Source of the DNA: Hypanus sabinus
Lineage: Eukaryota
Direction: 5' to 3'
DNA: 64,000 nt
Assembly (NCBI RefSeq): GCF_030144855.1
Contig: NC_082715.1
Location: forward strand, 115,072,001-115,136,000
Positions 49,311 to 63,389 of the stretch are shown here, one piece after another (positions within the stretch are counted from its first letter, which is position 1; each line of letters opens with the position of its first letter). The notes under the pieces were generated by a model. The model was not told the origin of the DNA, searched no databases, and was given only the letters and a program-made list of their open reading frames with translations. The position numbers and the translations under genes are program-made.

Positions 49311-52300
49311 AGCTTTCTCAGGGCAATGCTTATCCTTTTGGATCGCAGAATTTGCCAGCAGCCTTTGTAATGCAAACGTCGGAGTCAGCAATTGTAACTG
49401 TAGAAACTGCAGTGAGTCCATGTGTGCAACCAAGGAAAGATGTGTGGAGTCTCAGCTCCAGCTGTTTAACAGATAAATATTTAGTATACAAATTGTGCAA
49501 TCCTAGGCAGGACCTCTGCAGCCACCATACTCCCACAGCACTGTTCCATGGTTCAAGTTGAGGTTTTCGATGTTGCTGCAGATAAAATTCATTTAAAAAA
49601 ATGTAAGAGGGAAGAAATATTTACACCCCAAAATGGAACCTTGACCTATTGTCTGCCTTCAATGCATTTTCTCTGTATGCTCTGTTCTGCGATTATTTTC
49701 CCCTTGTACTGCCTTGGTGTTTAATGTGATGAAATGATCTGTTTGGATGGTAAATTGGTCTATTATTGCCATTTGTTCCAAAGTTCAGTGGAAAAATTTG
49801 TCTTCCTTACTGCACATACAATTATCGTATATCTTATTGTACTGGGTGATTGTTTACTAGTCTTCTAATAGAGGGACCGAAGCATGCAAGTAATTTTTTC
49901 ACTATACCTCGGTGCAAGTGACAATAATAAGCCAGTGTATTAGTTTAATTTATGATTGGTGTAAGTGGATGATTAATGTTTGGCATGGAGTAAATGGACC
50001 GAAAGGCTCATTTCTGTGCTTTGTGACTCTAATGACTCACAACCCAGCACTCTAACGTGACCAATTAAAGTTAATGTTGCAGTATTTAACAATAGTGCAG
50101 TCAGTTTAGCATTTACATTTGTTAGGAGGCGTAGCTTGTAGGAAATGCAGAGATTAGAGTTTTATTGTAAAGGAAGTTGCTGATAACTGTTCTCATCAGA
50201 TCTAAGTCTATAGGCAATTTGTCATACCTATTTACTTGTTATCTTTCCACAGTTGGCTGAGTAGTAATGGATTACACTTTATAACCCTTAATTTGTATTT
50301 TGTTTCTGCACATTATTTCATGAATACACTGAACCTCTGTCTTGTCTATCATTAAACATCCATGCTAGCAATCTGGAGTAATAAACTGAGATTGTCTTCA
50401 TTGTTCATGCATCAAAGTTGGAAATAGTTTGAATGTATACCTCTGGTCTGAAAATAGATATGCATTTTGTGAGGTGGAGAGGGAAGTTCTATTTAAACAA
50501 ATATTAATTAAGCCTAAATGTGCTACATTAAATTTGTTTATTATTGCCATATGTAGTAAGGTGCAATGTAAAACATTGTTTCCCTTGGCATCCATACAGA
50601 TCATTTCATCACATCAGTACGATGAGGTAGTGCAAGGGAAAGGCAATAAATGATTCAGAATATAGTGTTACTGTAAGTGCAGAGCCTTGACGAGGTTGAT
50701 TATGAGTCAAGAGTCCATCTTAATGTTTAATAGTCTGACAACAGCAGGAAGAAAGTTATCCATGAGCCTCATATGGTACATGATTTATACCTTCTAAAAG
50801 CTTGAGTGTGTTGGGGGGGAGGGGGGGTTGATGCAGAAGAAAGTATCTAGGGTGGGTAGGATCATTGATAATGTTGACTGCTTTACTGAGGTAGCAAAAA
50901 GTGTTAAAATGCCACGGAGGAGAGGCTGGTTTCAGTGATGTGCTGAGCTGCATCCACAACTTCCTGCAGTTTCTTGCTGTCTCGGACAAAGTAGTTACCA
51001 TATCAAGCCATGAGGCATCCGGACAGAATGCTTTCTGTGGTGCCTCTGTAAGCTTTGTCTCCTGATGAAGTAGAGGAGCTGGTGCACTTTGAAGTGGCTG
51101 GTTTTGGTACCAGGTCGCTCAGCTGACAATGAATTACACTCTGTTTCTCTTGGCCCTTATTATATGATCCAGTGATGTTGAGTCAAGTTCAGTGAAATCA
51201 CAGTCAGTTGACCTTGGCTGTAACACCAGGCTGCTGCAAACATGCAGTTGAGTTGGTCATATGGATAAGTAATGTACAGGTGCAAAGAAAAGCTTACTTG
51301 CATCAGCATCACAGGTACATTGCAACTTTCTCAAAGAAAACACAAATTATATAGAGATTTTACAGGAGAATGCAAAGCAAAAGCAAAAGTACATTTTAGT
51401 CCAAGTGGTTGAAGGGATGTTGCTGTTCTTGGACCTGGTGGTGTGGGACTTCAGCCTTCTGTCCTTCCTGCCCAGTGATAGCTGCAAGAAGATGGAATGG
51501 CGATGTTTGGATGTTGCTGCCTTAAGACAGTGCCTCCTGTAGATATGGAGGAATGTGCCCAAGGTGTATTAGGCTAAGTCTGCTCCTCAGTTCGTGTGCA
51601 TTTAAATTGCTGTACTTGGACATGATACAACTTGTAAGGATACTTACAATAGTACATCTGTAGAAGTTTTTATAGAGTATTTGGTGACAAGCTGAACCTC
51701 CGTTTTTATGTCAAAGGAAAAAGTTGGTCATTTCCATCTGCCCTGTCTATTTTTTTTAAATCACGGTGAACACTATCACCTAGTATTTGATATCCATCTA
51801 ATTTTTCCAGATCTTTTATGTGCTCACATCAAGGCAGAATCTTTGTCTGCATTATTCCCTTTGATGTACTGTGCAGTGGAAGAGTTGGGATGTTGTTGCT
51901 ACATGTGTTCTGTAGGCAGGAGACTGCAGATGCTGGAATCTGAAGGAACTCAGCAGGTCGATGCAGAGTTTTGACCCAAAATGTTGACAATTCGTTTCCC
52001 TCCACAGATGCTGCAAACATGCTGCTCAACCTGCTGGGTTCCTCTGGCAGATTTTTTTCTCGCTTGAAGTATTGTACAAAGTTCTGATCCCCTCGCTGCA
52101 AGAAGGGTGTCATTAAGTTGGAATGTGTTCAGAAAAGATTCACTAGGGTGTTACTAGGTCTGGGGAGTCTTGAGTTTTAAGGAAAGACTGGATAGATTGG
52201 ATTTTTTATGCCCTGGAGTGTATGAGGCAAGTGCAATTAAAACATTCAAAAAGTATTTGGGCAGTTACATATATAGCAGATGTTTAGGGAGCTTTTGGGT

Positions 52301-52512
52301 TGAATGCATGGGTGAGTCCAGCTGAAGGGCCTGTTTATATGCTCTGTAACTCTGAGTGTATTATATGAATCCCGATGCTGTGCAAGAGATCTAATTGCAA
52401 GTTGCCATGAGTGGGAGCATCCTCTTGTGCTCCAGCCAGAATAAAATTCACCCTGATGGAATTGATAAGGGATCTAGAAAAATAAGTAAGTAGAGATGCA
52501 TGCATGCATACA

Positions 52513-52515
<3 letters not shown>

Positions 52516-52590
<75 letters not shown>
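52516..52590. repeat. (CA)n microsatellite, ~37 units
   Basis: Directly visible in the sequence. Confidence 0.98.
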
Positions 52591-52595
<5 letters not shown>

Positions 52596-52620
52596 TTCCA
52601 TTTAGTAGGTGAGTCTAGAA

Positions 52621-53649
52621 CAGGCATGGGCAAACTACGGCCCGGGGGCCATATGCGGCCTGTTAAGCTTTTTAATCCGGCCCGCAAAACTTGATGAAAT
52701 TATACTAATAAACCTTGTTAACGTTTTTTCCCCGCAATTCTGGCGTTTTCCCAATAGATGACACACTCTATATACATTGACCTTTGTTGAGGTGCGCTTT
52801 ACTCTTTGTTCGGCTCGACCTATTTGTGTGAACAGGCGTTCAGCGTCATGAACATCAACAAAGCCAGCCACAGATCCAAGTTAGCTGACCAACACCTCAG
52901 ATCCATCCTGAGAATCGCCACAACAAAACTAAATCCAGACTTTGATGCGCTGGCTAAAAAGGGGGACCAACAACACTGTTCCCACTGAAATTAAAAATAA
53001 GTTTCTTCGTTGTGTTATGTAAAAAATGCATTTGAAAATATTTTTTTCAATAAGCCTTACATGTTACATGTCATGTCTGTTAAGTGATGGACATGAGTAG
53101 TGCGCAGGTGCATGTACGTTCTCAAGATAAAAAATGCGCTCCAGATCAAATAACGCGCTCCGCATACTGGCGCGCTGTCACTGTTCTGTCCTTGTGCTGG
53201 TCGTTGTTGAGTTTTGGCACAGGGGACAATTGAATAAGAAGGAGCAGAACAAGTAGACCTGCATCTCCTACCGTTTTTGAAATAAAGACAGTCAGGAGGA
53301 GAGTGATGATGATAATATCTTGAAGGATAACAGAATTTTCAGTGCTTTAAAATAATAACTGTTACTATTAAAAAAAGCTGTATTTATTCATTTAATTTTC
53401 AGTGTTTTAAAAGTCATTTCAATAAATAGCTAAATACCATGGGACTTCAAAGACAGATATTTTGTTGTAATGCATTTGTTCATTTTCAATTGAAATTAAA
53501 GCACATGTTTTCTACATATCCCATGATATTTTATTTTCTCTTATGAGGTGTATTACCAAAACACTCCGTCCATCTGCTCCTGGTCCGGCCCCCCCGTCAA
53601 ATTTTAGAACCCTTTGTGGCCCACAAGTCAAAAAGTTTGCCCACCCCTG
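52621..53649 (+). mobile_element. Non-autonomous hAT (Buster/Charlie-type) DNA transposon retaining the transposase C-terminus
   Basis: TIRs CAGGCATGGGCAAACT / AGTTTGCCCACCCCTG; 8-bp TSD gtctagaa/gtctagga with central TA; ORF 52806..52988 FGSTYLCEQAFSVMNINK... resembles the hAT dimerisation domain; inserted into a CR1 fragment. Confidence 0.9.
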
Positions 53650-53881
53650 GTCTAGGATCAGAGGGCACAGCCTTGAAATAAAGAGACATCCCTTTAGAAC
53701 TGAGATGAAGGGGAATTTCTTCAGCCAGTGGTTGGAGAATCTGGAATTCATTGCCACAAAGGAAACTGGAGGTCAAGAAGTAGTGAGTGTATTTAGGATG
53801 GAGAACAACTGAGGTCAGTAGGTTCTTGATTGGTAAGAGGGTTAGGATTATGGGAAGAATAGGGTTGAAACACATAATCAC

Positions 53882-54620
53882 TTGTGCGAACCTTCTGCTT
53901 TTAACAGTCTGTAGAATCCCTTAGGATTCTCCTTCACCTCGTCTGCTAAGGCAACTTCATGCCTTCTTTTAGCCTCCTAATTTTCTTAAATGTTCTCTTG
54001 CCTTTCTCATACTCTATAAGCACCTCATTTGTTCCTACCTGCCTATACCTGCTATGCACCTCCTTTTTTTTCTCCCTTAACCAAGGCCTCAATAATCTCT
54101 TGAAAACCAAGATTCCCCAAACCTATTCTTACCTTTTATGCTGACAGGCACATACAAGCTTTGTACTCTCAGAATTTTTCTTTTGAAGGCTTTTCCACTT
54201 ACCAAGTAGATCGTTGCCTGAAAACAGCCTGTCCCAATCCACAGTTTCTGGTATCTTTCAGATACCATCAAAAATGGCCTTTCTCCAATTTAGGATTTCG
54301 GTCCGCAGACCAGACTTATCTTTTTTCCCCACAGTTACTTTGCATCTAGTGATTATTATGCCATTAGTTTCAAAACCTCCATCGCCTACCCTGTGTCATT
54401 TCCTAATAGGACATTAAGTATTGAACATTCTCTCATTGGGACTTCTATGTACCAATTAAGGAAACTTTCCTGAATTCATTTGGCAAACTGCTTCCCATCT
54501 AGTTCTATTACAGATGGAAGTCCTAGTCAATATGTGAAAAGTTTTAAATCACCAACTATAACAACCTTGTGTTTCTTGCAACAGTCTGCAATCTTTCTAA
54601 CAATTTCGTTCCTTTAAATT
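53882..54620 (-). mobile_element. CR1 LINE internal fragment in antisense
   Basis: The reverse complement resembles ~25150-25800 (ILRVQSLYVPV...WFSRD). Confidence 0.75.
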
Positions 54621-55529
54621 CCATTTAACTCTATCTCTATATATCCTATCTATCATCCCCTCAGACTCTTGAATGATCTGGAGTTCAGTGAGCCTCACCT
54701 AACTGAGGCTTCAAAATCCCCACTGTAACACTGCCCACTCCAGCAATGGCCACTGAGCTTGCCCCTCCCTTATTTTAATTTGTTCTTGCCAATCAATCCC
54801 AATCTCTGATTGGCCACTACACAAAACACCAAACTGCTGCAAAGCAATGCCTATGTACTCAATTGGCAAACCTGAATGAGCTACATCTTCTCACGATTGG
54901 CTGCTGTTCAAAGCACAGTAAAGTTTTAATGAAGTACCAGTCTTCAAGGATTAATTGTCCATTCAGAAATCTGACGATGGAGTGGAAGAAGCTGTTTCTG
55001 AATTGAGTGAGTGTGGGTCTTCTGGCTCCTGTATCTCCTCCTGGATGGTAGTAAACAGAGGGTATATCCCAGATGATGAGGGTCCTTAATGATGGATGCA
55101 GCTTCCTTGACGCTCTGCCTGTTGAAGACATCCCCTGGTGAGGAGGGTTGTGCCTGTGATGGAGCTGGCTGTTCACAAAGTTCTGTAGCCTCTTGCGGTA
55201 CTGTATATTGGATGCTCTGTAACAAGCTGTGGTGCAGAGTGTCAGAATTCTTTTTGCTGTACATCTATACAAACTTGCAAGAGTCTTTGGTGACATAGCT
55301 TATCTCCTAATGAAGTAAAGCGATTGGCATGCTGCCTTCATGACTGCATAAATGTGTTGGACCCAGGACAAATCCTCAGGAACTTGAAGATGCTCACCCT
55401 TTCCAAAACAGATCCCTAATGAAGATTGGTGCATTTTCTCCTGGTTTTCACCCTTCTTGAAGTCCACATCGATTCCTTTGGTCTTGTTGATAATGAGTTT
55501 GAGGTTGTTATTGCAGTGTGCCACTTGTT

Positions 55530-57220
55530 ACTGACTTCATTAAAACCTGTGTGGATGAGTGTGCGCCTACAAAAACTTGCTGTATATTCCCAAACAAAAG
55601 CCATGGATGAACCAGAAGGTTCGTAGTCTGCTAAGGTGTTTATGTCTGCTGACTCAGGTGTTTATAAGAAAACCAGCTACGACTTGCAAAAGGCTATTTC
55701 AAGAGCCAAGAAACAATTATGAGAGAGGTTAGAGGCAAAATCGGTTGCACGGCAACTTGCAGCATTTGCAGGCCATTACTTCCCAAAAAGCAAAACCCAA
55801 CATCATCTTGAATGGCAGCGACAATTCACTATCAGACAAATTCAACACCTTTTATGCTCGCTTTGAAAGGGTGAATAAAACCATCTATGAGAATCTCAGC
55901 AGCATCCAATGACCTCTGTCTCAGAGACAACATTATGCTGTTGTTCACGGTGCTGAACCCTCGCAAGGCACCAGGGCCTGATAAGAGTACAAAGCTTTGA
56001 AAGCGTTTGCCAGCCAACTAGTGGGGGTATTCAAAGACATTTTCAATCTCTCACTGCTATAAACAAAGTTCCCTCCTGCTTCAAAGGGGGAACAATTATA
56101 TCAGTGCCCAAGAAGAGCGGTGTGAGCTGCCATAACAACTATTGTCCAGTAGTGCACACATCTATGGTCTTGAACTGCTTTGAGAGGTTGGTTGTGGCTA
56201 AAATCAACACCTTTCTCAGGAAGGACCTGGATCTCAATAGGTGAGGGGCTCTCCACACAGCCGTGGATCACCTGGACAATGCAAACACCCATATCAGGAT
56301 GCTGTTTATTGGATTCTCAGCATTTGACACCATCATTCCTCCAGTCCTGATCAAAAAGCTATAGAACCTAGGACTCTCTACCTTCCACTGCAACTGGATT
56401 CTCGACTTCCTAACCAGAAGACCACAGTCTGTGCAGATTGAACGTACCATTTCTACCTTGCTGACAATCAAAACTGGCACACCACAGGGATGTGTGCTTA
56501 GCCAATGCTCTACTCTCTACACCCATGACTGTGTGGCTAGGCATTGATCAAACAGTGTCTATAAATTTGCTGATGATACAACCGTTGTGGGCAGAATTTC
56601 AGATGGTGACGAGAGGGTGTAGAGGAGTGAGATATATACCAGCCAGTTGGGTGGTGTTGCGGCATGACCTTATTCTCAATGTGAGCAAGACCAAAGAACT
56701 GTTTGTGGACTTCAGATGGTAAGACAAGGGAACACAAACCAATCCTTATGGAGGGATGAGAAGTGGAGAGAGTGAGAAATTTTGAATTCCTCAGTGTCAA
56801 TATCACTGGGGACCTAACCTGGATGAAACATATTAATGCAGCTATAATGAAGGCAAGAAAGCGGCTATATTTCATTAGGAGTTTGAGATTTGGTTTGTCA
56901 ACTCAAATACTCAAACTTCTACAAATGTACTGTGGAGAGCATTCTGACTGGCTGCATCACCGTCTGGTATTGGGGGAGGTGCTACTGCACGAGATCGAAG
57001 AAAGTTGCAGAAACTTGTTAAATTACACAGCTCCATCATGGATGCCAACCTCTGTATCCAAGACATCTTCAAAGGGCATCCATCGTTAAGGATCCCCACC
57101 ATCAACGAATATATATACTTAATGTAACTCAGTTTTTTTCCCTCTGTATTTCATGGTACTGCTGTCATAAGGTTAACAAATTTCACGACATAGTCATGTG
57201 ATATTAAACCTGATTATGAT
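55530..57220 (+). mobile_element. Rex1/Babar-like non-LTR retrotransposon RT fragment; related pieces in both orientations at ~7030-7275, 9013-9450, 13690-14110, 54940-55520, 57225-57790, 58155-59180 and 60380-61500
   Basis: Decayed motifs readable on the + strand: [47 protein letters not shown] and LNVSKTKEL. Confidence 0.78.
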
Positions 57221-60200
57221 TCTAATCATCAACCAGCTAGTGCGTCTTATTCCTGTATGCCTCCTTATCACCATCTGAGATTCTGCCAACAATAGCAGTT
57301 TCATTTCCAAATTTATAGATGATATTTGAGCTATGCCAAGCCACACAGACAGAGTGGTGGGCTAAGCACACATCTGTGAGGTGCACCTGTGTTCATTATC
57401 AGTGAGGAGGAGATGTTGTCATTGATCTATATTGACTGTGGTCTCCCACTAAGAAAGTCGAGGATCCTGTTGCAGCAGGAGGTACAGAGGTTTAGGGTTT
57501 GAAGCTTCTAGACTAGTTCCAATAGGATGATGGTATTGACTGCTGAACTATATTTGAAAAGCAGCAGGTTCAAGTCTTTGCTCAGGCAGGAGTAATTCTA
57601 ACAATAACCATGGTAGTACTCCATGGTAGATTTGTGTGCTACTGGTTGGTAGTTGTTAAGATGGCTCACCCTGCCTCTGGCACTAGTATGATTGCTGTCC
57701 TTTCAAAGTCGGCTCAGACCGCAGCAGTGAGAGGTTGAAGGTTTTCTTGAGCTTTCCAGCTAGCTGGTCAGCATAGGATTTCAGTACACCGTAGTGGCCT
57801 GACATCTTGTGCCTTGGTCAGGAGGAATGCCACTAGGTTCAAGAACAGCTACTTCAGCTGTTTGGTTGTTGAAATGCCTGCACAACCCCAATAGCTACCT
57901 CAGTACAGCAACACTGTGACATTGTTTTATGTTGTTCTGATTGTGTTCTTTCTTGTATAATTTAATTTAATTTGTTTTTCAGTATGTTTAATACTCTGTG
58001 CCTGTGATGCTGCTGTAAGTTTCATTGCACCTCTAAAGACATGTACATGTGAGGAATCTGACTTTGACAGGGTATAAATGCTATGGAAAATTAGCAGTGA
58101 GACGTAGAGTCATATAGCATGGAAACAGGTCCTTTGGCCCAACTCGTCCATTCAAGGTTCAAAGTAAATTTATTATCAAAGTACATCATTGTCACCACTT
58201 ACAACCCTGAGGTTCACTTTCTAACCAGCATACTCAGTAAATCCATAGAATAATTACCGGAACAGAATCAATGAAAGATAGCACCAACTTGGGCTTTCAA
58301 CCAGTGTGCAAAAGACAACAAACCACAAATACAAAAGGAAAGAAATAACAATAATAAATAAATAAACAATAAGTATCGAAAACAAGATATGAAGAGACCT
58401 TGAAAGTGAGTTCATAGGTTGTGGGGACTTTTCAATGATGGGGCAAGTGCAGTTGAGGAAAGTTATCTCCTTTTGTTCAAGAGTCTGTTGGTTGAGGGGT
58501 AATAACTGTTCTTGAACCTGGCGGTGTGAGTCCTGAGGCTACTATATACACTTTTCTGATGACTGCAGTGAGAAGAGAGCATGTCCTGGGTAGGGGGTTC
58601 CTTGATGTTGGATGCTTCTTTCCTGTGATGGTGTTTCAGGTAGATGTGCTCAGTGGCGCGGAGGACTTTACCCATGATGGACTGGGCTATATCCACTACT
58701 TTTTATAGGACTTGCTGTTCCATACCAGGCTGTGATGCAGCCAGTCAATATACTCTGCACTGCACACCTATAATGTTTGTCAAAGTTTTAGATGTTATAT
58801 CAAATCTTCACAAACGCTGAAGGAATTAGAACCACTGACATGATTTCTTAGTAATTGCTCATATGCTGTGCCCAGGACACAGGACAGATCCTCCAAAATA
58901 ATAACAACTAGAAATTTAAAGTTGTTGACCTTCTCCTCTGGTACTTTGATGAGGACTGGGTTGTGGACCTCAGGTGTCCTGCTCCTGAAGTCAATAATCT
59001 GCTCCTTGGTCTTACTGACATTGAAAGGTTGTTTATGGCACCACTCACTCAATCTCCCTTGCATATGCTGATTCATCACTGTCTTTGGTTCGGCCTACAA
59101 CAGTGGCATCTTCAGTAAACTTGAATACGCTTCAAGTTTGGCCACAGAGGCATAATAGAGCAGGGGGCTAAGCACCCAGCCTTGTATTTCATCTGGGTAG
59201 CCTCCTACCTGATGGCATGAACATTGATTTCTTGAACCTCCAGTAATGCCCCCCCCTTCATTATTCCCCATTCCCCTTTCCCTCTATCACCTTATCTCTT
59301 TGCCTGCCCATTGCCTCCCCCTCTTTTTCTTTCTTCGATGACCTTCTGTCCTCTCCTATCAGACTCCCCCTTCTTTAGCCCTGTATCTCTTTCACCAATC
59401 AACTTCCCAGCTCTTCACTTCACCCCTCCCCCTGATGGTTTCACCTATCACCTTGTATTTGTTCTTCCCTCCCCCCCCCCCCTTAACTCTATTCATCTTT
59501 TTTTCAGTCCTAGATGCTGCCTGTCCTACTGAGTTCCTCCAGCATTTTGGATGTTCAGCACCTGCAGACTTTCTCTTTCTTGTTATAAAATAGATGTCCA
59601 CTTTTCTGAATAAGCCTCTGTAAAGCATTTTGTAGCATACATTAGCTACCATGTTGTAGAAGTTTGTAATGAGAAAGCTGTTGTCAGTAGCGTAAGCACA
59701 CCCAAGGGCCAGGGGCTGTATAGTGAAACAAGCTGCAGGAGGGATCGTCCACCAGGTGGCAGTCACACCGCGCAGGGGAGCAGACTCACTGACTCCCTGA
59801 GTCAGTGCTTGCAGCAACTATTTCACAAAGCGGCCTGTGCAGGAATGCGTTCTAGACTTGGCCAGTCAGGAGAGGAAAGAAGTAGAAGCAGAGGAGGTCA
59901 ATTGGCCTCTTATGCCTGCTCTATCTTAAATCCCCTTTTTAAAAAAATCACTGGTGGTAACTGCACAGATTCTTTTGGAACACTTGGCTTTATAAAGCTT
60001 TTAAGAGTATGGTTTAAGGTGAGGGGGAAATTTTTAGAGATGTGGGGTATTTTTTTTAACACTAATAATTTGTTAGGAGTGGTGGACATTAAATAGCTTT
60101 TCAATAGGCATGTGAGTGTCCCGAGGATGGAGGGAAATGGGTCAATGTGCAGCGAGGTAGGTTTAGTTTAGTCAGCGCAAACGTTGTAGACAGAACGACC

Positions 60201-60977
60201 TGTTCAGTCATTACATTGGGAGCAGTTAGAGATGTTGGAATCTTTGCAGTAACTGCCAAGTTGGGGGGTAATAAGGAGTGGGATTCCGCTGACTGTCCTT
60301 TCTCCTGTCTGGATCCCAGCACAATTGTAGTCTCACCCTCCCCATCCATTTGACCATAGTAAGCTTGGGTGGCTTAATCTGATTTATTATCACTTATATA
60401 TGATGTAAAGTATTTATAAATACTGCAAAAAAAGACCCGAGGCACGGTTCATGGATGGTTAAGAAATCTGTTGGCAGAAGGAATAAAGCTGTTCCTAGGT
60501 TGTTGAGTGTGCGTCTTCAGGCTCCTGTACCGCAGCCTTGATGGTAATAATGGGAAGAGAATACGTCTCAGATGCTGCAACTTTAAGGCACCACCTCTTG
60601 AAGATGGCCTTGATAGTGAGGAAAGTTGTGCCTGGGATAGAGCTTATCCTGGGTCCAACGTATCAATGCAGTTATAAAGTAAGCATGATAGCAGCTATAT
60701 TTCATTAGGAGTTTGAGGAGATTTGGTATGTCACCAAAGACACTCGCAAATTTCTGTACATGTACCATAGAGAGCATTCTAGCTGGCTGCATCACTGTGA
60801 TATGGAGGAGGGGGCACTGCACAGGATTGGAGTAAGCTGCAGAAACTTGTAAGTAAGTCAGCTACATCACTAGCCTCCTTAGCATCCAAGACTTCTCCAA
60901 GGAGCATTGCCTCAGGAAGGTAGCATCCATTATTAAGAACCCCCATCACCCAGGACATGCCCTCTTCTCATCAGGGA

Positions 60978-61056
60978 CAGGGGTTCCCAACCTTTTTTAT
61001 GCCATGGGCCAATACCATTAGGCAGGGAGTCCGTGAACCCCAGGTTGGGAACCCTG
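60978..61056. mobile_element. ~79-bp hAT-type MITE, second copy, inside a LINE fragment
   Basis: CAGGGGTTCCCAACC...GGTTGGGAACCCTG termini; similar to 28190-28268. Confidence 0.7.
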
Positions 61057-63173
61057 GATATAGGGAGGAGGTACCCATGAACACTACCTCACTACTTTTT
61101 TTTGCACTACTTACTTAATTTAACATTTTAAATATATATATAAACTTACTGTAATTTCAGTTTTTCCGATATATTGCAATGTTCTGCTGCCACATAACAA
61201 ATTTTATGACATATGCCAGTGATTTAAACCTGATTCTATACAAATTTGTATCAGTCTATGGTGACATACCAAATCTCCTCAAATTTCTAGTAACTTGGAG
61301 CCACGAGCATGCCTTCTTCATGATTGCATGGGATTACTTGGGATAGGTCCTCCAAGATGTTGATGCCTAGGAACATGAAGCAGTCCATCCCTTCCACTGC
61401 TGACCCTGGAATGAGAACCGGCGTTCTCTCCCTTCTAGCTCCACGGTCACTTCATTAGTCTTGCTGACAATGACACCGTTTAAGCGGATCTCAGTAGTGT
61501 GCGCCTCCTCATCACTATCTGAAATTCTTCAGTGGTGTGGTCGGTGAACTTGTAGATGGCACCACGGTTTATGGATTGAGCTTGGAGCCTGCTGGCTCAG
61601 TGCACTCATCTATTTGCTGAATCCATTCACAGCTGCACCAGGGAAGCTGCTGCCTGTTGGAATGCTATGGGTACAGATGTCCTTCAGTGTCAACAGGTCA
61701 CCTAGGTTCCTCTTAGTTCTCGGGAGAAATATATAGAGAACAGTCTGAAAAAGTTAGTGTTGTACAGAAAGGACACATCCTTTGGTCTGTTTCATCCACG
61801 ATGACCAAGATGGCTATCTAAGCTAGTCCATTTTGCCCATGTACCTGTCGGAATGTCTTTTAACTCTTGTTATTTTAGTGGTGGATGATTGGTTTGGTGG
61901 CTGGATACAGCCAAGTCACAGTGGTTCTCAGGGTTGGGCCCTGCAGTCTCGTCTGTAACTCAGTGAGTAGCACTCCCTTTTAGATCAGAATTGCCGTCGG
62001 TTAAGTCCAGAGGTTTGAACAATAATTGTAATCTACAGTACCTGTGGGCAAGCTGCATTCTTGGGCATGCCATCTGTCTCAGGACATGTTAAACTGAGGC
62101 CCCACTGCTGTTCCTGGGTGAACTTAGAAGATCCTATGGAATTCATATTGCCCTTGGCAAATGCTTGCCAGTATCATTGAAGTAAGAGGATGTAAAAACT
62201 GATTCTGGTTGTAGAGACTGGTCACTGATTCAGGAGAGACTCTGAATTGAAAATGAAAGTTAGAAACTGTTGGAAACATTCAGCAGGTCAAGCAGTATCT
62301 GTACTAGAAGAAACATTGAATGATTTGGATCAAAGGCCATTCACCAGCTTCAGACATGTGAAATATGAGGAGTGATCTTGCAGAAGTATCCTTGGGTGGT
62401 GTGACAAGGGAAATGTTGACAAGAGACTGCAGACACTGGAAATCCAGAGCAGTACACAGATGTTGGATGGGTCAGGTAGTATCTCTGGATGAAATGGACA
62501 GTCAGTGTTTCGAGTTGAGACCCTTCACCTAGATTAGGCTCTATTGGTGGAAGAATCTCAAATGAGGATCATAGTTATAAGACTGGGAGGGAGGGCAGTC
62601 TTTTGAAATTGGGAGTGTTTAAAGGGAAGGGAATGATTTTTAAGCATTGGAGAATTGGATCATTATTATTGTCACATGTACTGAAAAGCTTTTGTTTGCA
62701 TGCTATCCAGACAAATCGCTCCGTACATTAGTAGAAAGAAAACGTAATGTAGAATAATGTGTGGTTACAGAGAAGGTTCACTGCAGGCAAAGTGTAAGGG
62801 CTCTGCAGAAGTAGATTGGGAGATGTTCTGTAGCACATGAGCAATTCATTCAAGAGTCTTATAGCAGCAGGATCGAAGCTGTCCTTGAGCCTGCTGGCAC
62901 ATGCTTTAATTTTTTTTTAAACCTTCTGCCTTATGGGAGAGGAGAGAAGAGAATGGTCAGGGCAAGATTGAGGAACCAAGGGACCCACTCCTGGTACATT
63001 AAATGTAAAGCTAAAAATGTCCAAGTAACACTACTTCAATGCAAGTGATTCCCTCCCAACCCCGAAACAAGTGAGTCTGGTTATAATATAACGCTGGCGA
63101 CTCTGACTCCTCGGCTCCTTTCCATTGCCTCTGTTGAATGACTGTGACTTTCCCTCTCCCTACCCCTCCACAG

Positions 63174-63389
63174 GAACCGCGACTGGAGGATTGGAGAACA
63201 TTTAACTCTGCAGAGGAGCTTGAATGCTTGGGACTGGACAGGCTGAAAAGTGAACTGATGGAGATGGGGTTAAAATGTGGCGGGACCCTACAGGAGCGGG
63301 CTGCCAGACTTTTTTCTGTGAAGGGCCTGTCCAGGGAGCAGATTGACCCTACACTCTTTTCCAAGCCAGCTAAAGGAAAGAAGAAATGA
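63174..63389 (+). CDS. SDE2: SDE2 exon 7, C-terminal SAP-type domain ([71 protein letters not shown])
   Basis: [16 protein letters not shown] signature; pyrimidine tract plus cag| acceptor, phase 0, matching exon 6; total CDS 1191 nt = 396 aa. Confidence 0.95.
   Translation, partial: EPRLEDWRTFNSAEELECLGLDRLKSELMEMGLKCGGTLQERAARLFSVKGLSREQIDPTLFSKPAKGKKK

Noticed and set aside
43900-63100. A second Lefty paralogue or PYCR2, as in the mammalian cluster
   Set aside because: No further TGF-beta or pyrroline-5-carboxylate reductase exons were recognised. The ORFs here are repeat-derived or unrecognisable.
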